Positions 58,301 through 64,000 of a stretch of 64,000 bases of DNA are shown one piece after another. The notes beneath the pieces are model-generated. The model was given only the letters and a program-made list of their open reading frames with translations. It was not told the origin of the DNA and made no database searches. Both the position numbers and the translations under genes were made by a program. Origin of the DNA: Opitutales bacterium (GTDB taxonomy: Bacteria; Verrucomicrobiota; Verrucomicrobiia; Opitutales; UBA2987); the NCBI GenBank assembly GCA_021772535.1, contig JAJFLV010000025.1, positions 5,400 to 69,399 of the forward strand, read 5' to 3'. How positions within the stretch are numbered: the first letter of the stretch is position 1; each line of letters opens with the position of its first letter.

Positions 58301-60444
58301 CGCTCGGCTACGGAGGGTATCCAATCTTTGTCATAGCCTTCCAGTTTGTATTCGAACCGAATTTTTTCAGGCGCGGTAAAACTTGGCGCGGTATAGTAGA
58401 AGTCGATGCGTTGTGTTTGCGGGGGTAACTCAATGCCGGACCGTTCTTCGACCGGCTGGTTGTCCACCAAAACTTTTTCCAACACAATCGATGGAGGAAC
58501 TTCATTTCGTTTGATATGTTCGGGATCGATGACAACGGCCCCGTTAATGGTGGCGAACCAAAGACGCCCGTCACGGGCCTGTAATGCTCTGCTCACAGCG
58601 GTAACTCCAAGCCCTCCCAATCCATCCGAGCGACTGAATACTTCCATCGAAACCTTGCCTGGATTTCCGGCCAGGTATGCTTCGACCTTTTCTTTCTCAA
58701 CGCGGCCGATGCCCTTGTCGGAGGCTACCCATAAGTAATTTTGAACGTCTTCGATTACGTGAAACACAGAGGAAACTGGCAATCCTTCAACATCCTTCAG
58801 GTCCAGGAATTGGCCATCCCGCAAAATTGTGATGCCGCTATCGGTTCCTATCCAGAGTGCCCCGTTTTCATCTTCGAAAAACCTGAAAACGGTATTCCCG
58901 CCCAATCCATCCTGGGTCGAGAAATGTTCGAACTTTCCGGTATTGAAATCGTAACGAAAGGCACCTCCGCCGGCGGTCCCCACCCAGACGTTTTTCGCTG
59001 AATCTTCAAATAATTCGAGAATAAATGATTCCTTTAGACCATCTTTGTCGCTGAATGAGCTTAATTCACCATTTATCATTCGGCTAATGCCGTTGCGGGT
59101 GCCGATCCACAGGTTTCCCCGGTGGTCTTCCATCAGCACGCGAACCTGGTTGTGCCCAAGCCCGTCAGTGGCAGTTAATGTTCTTGCCGCACCTCTACTC
59201 AAATGGGTCAGGCCCCCTTGCGTGCCTATCCATAATTCCCCATTGGAATCCCTCAGGATTTCTCGTACCCTTTCGCTGGGCAAAATGCCTCCTATGGGAA
59301 GATAGGTTTCAATTTTATTGTCCTGCAACCGGTCAACACCGCCATCCGAACCAATTAGAATAGCTCCATCGGCGTCCTCATAAACCACATTTACCGTATT
59401 GTCCGAAAGTCCTTCCAAGGTTGAAAAATTAGTGAATTTTCCATCGCTTACCCGAATCAACCCATTGTAATGCGTCCCGATCCAGAGGTTGCCCTCGGCG
59501 CCCTCGAAAAAGGACCGCCATCCGTTGAACAATTCACGATCGATGTAACTGTTCAAACCGGAGACATTCCACCGAAATATCCCGTTATTGGCGCCCAGCC
59601 AAACATTGCCGTCGCTGTCCTCGAAGACTCCGTAAATCTGGCCCGACTTCTCTCTATCCTCGATGAAAAATTCTTCCACCTCATCCTTTTTAAGGCGATA
59701 AACCGCAGAGGATTCCGTAATCAGCCAAAGCGCTCCATCGCTTGCCGCATATAAAAAACGGATGTTGTTTTCCGTGAATCGGGAGGTCGGATGAAATTCT
59801 GTCACGCGACTGTCCCTGATCTTAAAAACCCCTTTATCCTGGTTTGCCACCCAGAGGGTTCCTTCCTGGTCTGCGTGCAGTCCCAGTATGCGGCTGCTTC
59901 CCAGCGTTTCCGGAGCGAAGACCTCAATGGTATATCCGCTGTTTGGGCGAATGAAATTCAACCCGCGGGATGTGCCTATCCACAGGGTCCCGGTATTGTC
60001 AATTTGCAGGAAAAGCACATTATTGCTGAGAAGACCATCCTCGGTGGTATGGGCTTCAAAGACACCTTCCTTAAAAGTATAGAGACCCCCGCCATTTCCC
60101 CCTGCCCATAATGTTCCCGATTCATCCTCGGCCAACGCCCAAAAGCCGGCTGTATTTAAATTAGAATGGCTGGAACGGTCGAAAAAGGTAAATTTGACAC
60201 CGTCGAAACGCACAAGGCCGCCAAAATTTGCCAGCCACAGGTAACCATCGCGGGTTTGCAGAATATCCAGGACCTCCATGTTCCCGATACCCTCGGCAAC
60301 TCCCCAACTGGTGTATTGTAACTGTGTCAGTTCCTTGTCGGGATTGAGCGCCAATCCGGGCGATGGCCCCATGATTCCACCTGCCAATATGGTAACCAGG
60401 GATTTTAGGAACCAGGCCCTAATTTTGAACTTTACCTTGATCAT
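52387..60444 (-). CDS. Giant hybrid histidine kinase (beta-propeller/Y_Y_Y sensor, TM, GAF, about 9 PAS, HisKA, HATPase, REC)
   Basis: Repeated D..G.LWIGT..GL, YKLEGYD...YTFRLKATNSDG, repeated PAS units, SHEIRTPMN. Confidence 0.95.
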   Translation of the reverse strand: MIKVKFKIRAWFLKSLVTILAGGIMGPSPGLALNPDKELTQLQYTSWGVAEGIGNMEVLDILQTRDGYLWLANFGGLVRFDGVKFTFFDRSSHSNLNTAGFWALAEDESGTLWAGGNGGGLYTFKEGVFEAHTTEDGLLSNNVLFLQIDNTGTLWIGTSRGLNFIRPNSGYTIEVFAPETLGSSRILGLHADQEGTLWVANQDKGVFKIRDSRVTEFHPTSRFTENNIRFLYAASDGALWLITESSAVYRLKKDEVEEFFIEDREKSGQIYGVFEDSDGNVWLGANNGIFRWNVSGLNSYIDRELFNGWRSFFEGAEGNLWIGTHYNGLIRVSDGKFTNFSTLEGLSDNTVNVVYEDADGAILIGSDGGVDRLQDNKIETYLPIGGILPSERVREILRDSNGELWIGTQGGLTHLSRGAARTLTATDGLGHNQVRVLMEDHRGNLWIGTRNGISRMINGELSSFSDKDGLKESFILELFEDSAKNVWVGTAGGGAFRYDFNTGKFEHFSTQDGLGGNTVFRFFEDENGALWIGTDSGITILRDGQFLDLKDVEGLPVSSVFHVIEDVQNYLWVASDKGIGRVEKEKVEAYLAGNPGKVSMEVFSRSDGLGGLGVTAVSRALQARDGRLWFATINGAVVIDPEHIKRNEVPPSIVLEKVLVDNQPVEERSGIELPPQTQRIDFYYTAPSFTAPEKIRFEYKLEGYDKDWIPSVAERHIYYMNLPSGPYTFRLKATNSDGVWNTTSPTFTFTLNPRFYETPIFYGLTVLSLILGIFLAYRLRFRNLRQTRERLEEEVQRRTIELEKRSEELKFSKLSLDLALTSGNVANWKLALDGSSFDYGECYAKVFDYSLAGLPDTEKMLQLWEESIHPDDLAGVRKALDGLNSNQTEQAEWSARIRTLSGQWRYFEAHEIVVKRDADGNPTHMEGIGFDFTEQKNAEETLAKQALESTLLHRVAEMTAGTDSFENSLQQCVNIVCELTGWPIGHAYLVAKDGTELEPADIWHLTEEGTHADFYEVTMRTTFARGIGLPGRIWESGQPVRVENVQRDSNFPRSPLCKDINVEGAFGFPIKVRGETVAVLEFFTEKEVSSDEWLLRTAHNVSEQVGRVLERKQAEKEITQAQEALHRSEQQYRTVVEGQNDMINQILPSGEIIFANPAYVRSAFKHFNSPKDLIGKNLFEILPPKNATGIRETLAKLTYENPVWNHEVDFHNDEGERFVISYTEKALFDDKGKIWSYLGVGRDITKERESEQELRLAQAALQKSEEQYRNLVEAQNEMINQILPSGEIIFVNPAYVKSASAYYDSPNDMIGKNIFDILQKKDVEDTRANLAKLTVDNPSWNHEADFHTLKGERIVISYTDKALFDEEGKVCSYLGVGRDITKEREAEEELIRAQAALQKSKEQYRLVVDYQSEFINQIAPDGEILFANRNYQEFVTRHNGAPEVIIGENIFDYTPAEHRGELLKILESLAPDEVNSREIAHQTDGGKVFYMQWTNRAMLDEEGNVIGYLGVGRDITAAKLAEIEIKETQEALRQSEEQYRSVVEWQSEMITQILPSGEIIFANKNYQDYMHKYHGAPEDLAGNNIFELIPPKFADDFRQNLASLTPENSRIEHEVEYFPGKAENHFILWNDKALFNENGEVQSYLGVGRNITDYKRAEIEIKRTQEALRRSEEQYRQVVEWQSEMINQILPSGEIIFANKNYQQYMSNNHGTPDVLLGKNVFDFIKGNYAETYRQSLAALNPENPRREHEVKYTSERWDDHYVLWVETALFDQDGKVWSYLGVGRDITDAKRAEEKLKAQEERFRLLVQNSTDWFTIMDGEGIIKYVTPTIERLTGFKVEEIIGQPGLSFIHPDDLEYIAEATEQAIQHEAGATPITEFRHKCKDGSYITIETYGNNQLEDPDIQGIVVTCRDVTERNRVQAELRKKDEQFKQLVQNSSDLFIILDKNAVRTYVSPSIERITGFTVEETVGKTSFEFLHPEDSAKMKEMMATEMNKDGATVNFDYRHLHKNGSWVEMSAIGTNLLHDPIVEGLVVNSRDVTERNRAEAEIRRRDERFRLMIQNSSDLYMIVDETGNRLFVSPSVEGITGYTVEESISQSGFDDVHPEDLVRLKYALAKCYKNPGTSVTVDYRRLHKNGSWVYMEAIGTNLLDNPSVKGIIVNSRDITERKESEAVLFEAKEKAEAATRAKSEFLANMSHEIRTPMNAILGFSELLERDITDSKQQRFLSSIRSGGKTLLSLINDLLDLSKIEAGKLTLEYEPIDVPSVLNEIGRIFEIKTKEKGIELKIDIEPSVPKHVLLDEVRLRQVLFNLVGNAIKFTERGSVTLSLSTNYTRRDHSALDLEFSVKDTGIGIPEEDQDRIFEAFVQQSGQRTRKYGGTGLGLAISRRLVEAMGGLIILESKHGEGSLFTVRLKDLEVAAVKEEDVELLKDESYEEVHFDPATVLIVEDNEMNRDLIKEFLRNSGLKTLEAENGQAGVDMAIEGQPELILMDISMPVMDGKEAARLIRENPKTRNIPILILTASIASEKDISFQKLKLEGFLRKPIGQGRLIQELIKFLPYESVSEVNEAGTAGKPRATTTTIGLQLEELPPEVRDRLPELLVILEGELMQECKAVGKRSRMGPIKSFAGKLYHFGHENNVPPIIKFAEKLELAAESFDIDLISQTLSGYPHLIADLKSYNKK

Positions 60445-60965
60445 GACTTATCTCCGCGAAAATTATTTCGATGTAGTGTAGCTTTGTGATTCCCCCATGG
60501 AATTGAACTTGATCATTCCCTGTCGCTCGCGATGGGGTTTAAAAAACACCTTGTTCCCCGATGTCCGTTCTCCCGCTTGCGGGAGATAAAAATGCGTAGA
60601 TACCCCGTCACTTGCGGCGGGGAGTTGAATTTTTAAGGGTATCGGGTTCATTAACTGCAATAAAATCTGTAAGAAGAAAGAAAATTACTGTTTTTCAGGC
60701 AAAGACATTTTTGCTTTCCAATGGAATTGCGTCAAACATGAAGGATGACATTGCAGACCTCGGTCTGAGATAACAATCCTTACGATGAAGAATCCATTCA
60801 AGAAGCCCTGAAATCAGAATCCTTGACCCTCCGGTTTCTAAATATGCAGCACCTGATACTCAAAATTTGCTGATTTGATAAAACCCCGCTTTTCACCGTT
60901 CATAATACCCGTTCTGACTTTTTCGAACTCGCCTTCCAAAAACCTGTCTGCATTTCACGGATAAC

Positions 60966-61242
60966 TAGAACCTATCTCAAATTCGCAGATGAATGATGTT
61001 TGTAGCGCCACGGCGGCAGATGCCAGGCGGCTTTGCGCCCGGATGGGCTACAAGCCCCTCGGGCGCAAACCAACGCCGCAGGTGCTGCCGTGCCGCACAA
61101 ACCATTTGGACAGAGGCAGTTATGTGTTTGAGCGGCGTTCCGCGGGGCAACAGGGCTGCCAGCCCGGCAAGCCCCGTCGCGCCTTGCTCAGAACGCATAA
61201 TTGCTTTCTGCATCAACATCCTCGAATTTGAGATAGGTTCTA
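60966..61242. mobile_element. MITE (277 bp) with perfect 20-bp terminal inverted repeats
   Basis: TAGAACCTATCTCAAATTCG ... CGAATTTGAGATAGGTTCTA; TA at both ends; GC-rich nested hairpins inside; intergenic. Confidence 0.8.
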
Positions 61243-61371
61243 TAAACAGTTCGCACAGGTTGTTTGTTTGAAGTCTATGTCCTAAGCTTAATCGTTGCCA
61301 AGATGCCATTCCAGGCTTTCCCTGATGCAACATTCGTCCACAGATTTAATTTAGAAAATGTTCCAATATTT

Positions 61372-62232
61372 ATGAAAACAGTCAATCTCATCGCAGTCCT
61401 ATGCCTGGCGTTCAACCCAGCCTTGCCCCTGACACCCTTGATGGCAGGGAATCATAAAAAGGGCCCGGAATGCTTTAACCATGATTCCTTGCAGGCCACA
61501 TTGTGGATGCAAACCTCGGCCGAGTATCATGCCGTAACTACCGGAATTTATAATTCGGCTAGGGAAAAATTGATCCTGGCGCTACAAGATCCGGATTGGA
61601 CTGCATCTCTGGAACAATCCGGCGACTACCAGGATTTGCCGCCGGCGGTCATTCTTGATGTGGACGAAACGGTTCTGGACAATTCTCCCTATGCCGCCCG
61701 CAATATCCGCAACAAGCAGAGGTATTCTCCTCAAACCTGGACCAAGTGGTGCAAGGAGGCCCAGGCGGAGTCGGTTCCCGGCGCCCTCGAGTTTACACAA
61801 TTTGCGGCCAGAAACGGAATAACCGTATTTTATATTACCAACCGGGATTCATCTCTCGATGAAAGCACAAGGCAAAACCTTGCCAACAGAGGCTTTCCTC
61901 TGGACCCGAACCGAGACACCGTCCTGACCAATGGGGAAAAACCGAATTGGGGCTCCTCCAAAGTGGAACGCCGCCAGCATGTGGCCAAGAATTACCGGAT
62001 TCTTCTTCTCTTTGGGGACGATTTCAACGACTTCACTTATGTGCGTGAATCATCAGCCGAGGAAAGAAACCAACTGGTGGAAGAGGCTGTCGGTCGATGG
62101 GGAATTCGCTGGTTTCTCCTGCCCAATCCGACTTACGGAAGTTGGGAGCGAGCCCTTCGCATTTCCGCCCATCGGGATGACCCAAAAAAATACTATGAGG
62201 CTAAGCTGCAAAAACTGAACCCTGCTCAATAA
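61372..62232 (+). CDS. 5'-nucleotidase / acid phosphatase, lipoprotein e(P4) (class C HAD) family
   Basis: ILDVDETVLDNSPY, YITNR, GDDFNDF, LPNPTYGSWE; probable start 61372. Confidence 0.92.
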   Translation: MKTVNLIAVLCLAFNPALPLTPLMAGNHKKGPECFNHDSLQATLWMQTSAEYHAVTTGIYNSAREKLILALQDPDWTASLEQSGDYQDLPPAVILDVDETVLDNSPYAARNIRNKQRYSPQTWTKWCKEAQAESVPGALEFTQFAARNGITVFYITNRDSSLDESTRQNLANRGFPLDPNRDTVLTNGEKPNWGSSKVERRQHVAKNYRILLLFGDDFNDFTYVRESSAEERNQLVEEAVGRWGIRWFLLPNPTYGSWERALRISAHRDDPKKYYEAKLQKLNPAQ

Positions 62233-62303
62233 AAGCCGATAAACGAAAATGCGGGAATGCACCATCCCTATCGCACAAGATTAAACTGAAACTTATTTCT
62301 GTC

Positions 62304-63149
62304 ATGCCTGAAACGTCCCACTTTTATTCTGAACAATGGCCCGTCAAAGCCTATAACAATCGGGACTTCCTGAACGGTTCCGATGCCCGCTCAATTCGTG
62401 TGCAGTGTGAGCTGCTCGAACCGGAGTATCGCCTGAAAATGCTGGGCATACGCAACACCATCGTGTTTTTCGGCTCCGCCCGTTTGAAGGCCCCGGAAGT
62501 TGCTCAAAGCAATCTGCAAGAATTGGAAGAAAAAATTCAAAAATCCGATTCCCGAAGTGAGGAAATGGAAGATAGGTTATCCGCTGCCAAACGCGATGTA
62601 CGAACCTCCGCCTATTACCGGGCGGCTTCAGATTTAGCCAGGATGTTTACCAAATGGTCCCTAAATATCCGCGATCCTCTGGAGCGTTTCCTGGTCTGCT
62701 CCGGGGGTGGCCCGGGTATTATGGAGGCGGCCAACCGGGGCGCTTTCGAGGCGGGGGGACGTTCCATCGGTCTGGGAATCAGCTTACCTTTCGAGCAGGG
62801 CAACAATTCCTACATCACACGGGACTTGAATTTTGAATTTCATTATTTTTTCGTGCGCAAATACTGGTTTCTCTACCTGGCCAAAAGTCTTCTCGTCTTT
62901 CCTGGAGGATTCGGCACCATGGATGAATTGTTTGAGGTAATGACCCTCATTCAAACGAAAAAAACGGAGAAGCGTGTCCCCATTGTTTTGTTTGGGTCGG
63001 AGTTCTGGGAAAAAGTGGTCAGTTTCGATACCTTGGTCGATTGGGGAGTCGTTTCTAAAAAAGATTTGAAGCTTTTCCGCATCATGGACTCGGTAGAAGA
63101 AACCTATGATTTCATAACTAATGAAATGACCCAACACTATATGAGCTAA
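62304..63149 (+). CDS. LOG-family (TIGR00730-like) nucleotide phosphoribohydrolase
   Basis: FFGSAR, SGGGPGIMEAANRGA, FFVRK, PGGFGTMDE. Confidence 0.92.
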   Translation: MPETSHFYSEQWPVKAYNNRDFLNGSDARSIRVQCELLEPEYRLKMLGIRNTIVFFGSARLKAPEVAQSNLQELEEKIQKSDSRSEEMEDRLSAAKRDVRTSAYYRAASDLARMFTKWSLNIRDPLERFLVCSGGGPGIMEAANRGAFEAGGRSIGLGISLPFEQGNNSYITRDLNFEFHYFFVRKYWFLYLAKSLLVFPGGFGTMDELFEVMTLIQTKKTEKRVPIVLFGSEFWEKVVSFDTLVDWGVVSKKDLKLFRIMDSVEETYDFITNEMTQHYMS

Positions 63150-63165
63150 AACGGGCTGGCCGAGG

Positions 63166-64000
63166 ATGAAAAAGGAAACCCTGGTCAATCACCAAACCCC
63201 GGCGCGACCCGAGCCCGGCAATGAGCCGCTGGTCGAACCGATTCACCGTTCGGTCAAATATACTTTTCCTACGGTGAAAGAAATGGCACAACTGTTCAGC
63301 GGGGAAAAGGACGGCTATTTCTACTCCCGCTATGCCAATCCCACCCTGCGGCAACTGGAAATTCTCATGTGCCAATTGCAGGAGCGGGAGGACGCCCTGG
63401 CCACCAACAGCGGAGTTACGGCCATCACCAATTGCCTGCTTTCCCTGCTCCGGCAAGGAGACCACATGGTGATATTTGTCGAATCCTATCGGCCAACCCG
63501 CTACATTGTTCGCAATCTCCTGGCCAGGTTTGGGGTCACCCATGCGCTTATTTCCGTTAAGGACCACGATGGCATCGCACGTGAACTGGCTCGAGATAAT
63601 ACGAGGCTTATTCTATTCGAAACCCCCACCAACCCCATGACCTGGATCGCCGACCTGGATTTCATCATCCGGCAGGCCCGGGCCAACAATGTATTAACCG
63701 TGCTGGACAGCACTTTTTCCGGTCTCCACAACTACGGCCATTACGACATCGACATTTTCTTGCACAGCCTGACCAAATTTGCCTCCGGCCACGGGGACGT
63801 GCTGGGCGGTGCCATAATTGGCAACAAGGAACTTATTTCCAGAATCAAGCCGGACTATGCCAACACTGGAGCGGCCATAGCCCCGGACTCTGCCTACCTG
63901 ATCCTGCGGGGCTTGAAAACTTACTTTCTGCGTTACCGGCAACAATGCGCCAATGCCCTCAAAATAGCGCTTTTTCTGGAAAACAACGAGTTTGTGGAGA
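63166..64000 (+). CDS. PLP-dependent Cys/Met trans-sulfuration enzyme (cystathionine gamma-synthase/lyase family), truncated by the window end
   Basis: Manual translation: YSRYANPT, SGVTAI, FETPTNP, LDSTF, HSLTKFASGHGDVLGG. Confidence 0.92.
   Translation, partial: MKKETLVNHQTPARPEPGNEPLVEPIHRSVKYTFPTVKEMAQLFSGEKDGYFYSRYANPTLRQLEILMCQLQEREDALATNSGVTAITNCLLSLLRQGDHMVIFVESYRPTRYIVRNLLARFGVTHALISVKDHDGIARELARDNTRLILFETPTNPMTWIADLDFIIRQARANNVLTVLDSTFSGLHNYGHYDIDIFLHSLTKFASGHGDVLGGAIIGNKELISRIKPDYANTGAAIAPDSAYLILRGLKTYFLRYRQQCANALKIALFLENNEFVE

Noticed and set aside
48679-60481. Numerous plus-strand ORFs over the kinases
   Set aside because: Antisense shadows of long minus-strand genes
60977-61333. 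Three overlapping ORFs at about 61 kb
   Set aside because: Artefacts of the GC-rich palindromic MITE

Overview
The host backbone (about 43-64 kb) looks like a Verrucomicrobia/Opitutae chromosome. It carries a pilin, a PilB/GspE ATPase plus a degenerate paralogue, three hybrid histidine kinases (one of 2685 aa), a MITE, an e(P4) acid phosphatase, a LOG protein and a trans-sulfuration enzyme. Everything left of 42.9 kb lies upstream of a displaced 3' half of tRNA-Pro(GGG) with an adjacent integrase and excisionase, so it is probably a genomic island whose left end is outside the window. The island holds four parts. (i) A secreted RHS toxin locus at 1-10.4 kb. (ii) A very AT-rich block at about 11.1-26.9 kb with archaeal BRE/TATA-like leaderless promoters and DPANN-like genes. 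This block is subdivided by three directly repeated sites (core CCTCTTCAAGGGTT; two are full ~70-bp dyads, one a half-site) and ends in two head-to-head paralogous tyrosine recombinases. The 12.0-kb unit between two of the sites looks like an archaeal provirus or integrative element. (iii) An XRE regulator, an M48 peptidase pair, a methylase and a second archaeal-like RelBE patch. (iv) An operon of TM protein, Zn-finger, HerA-like ATPase, GrpE, lid-less Hsp70 and vWA next to the integrase. All family calls come from reading motifs by eye, with no database search. Chimeric assembly of the archaeal-like DNA cannot be excluded from sequence alone.
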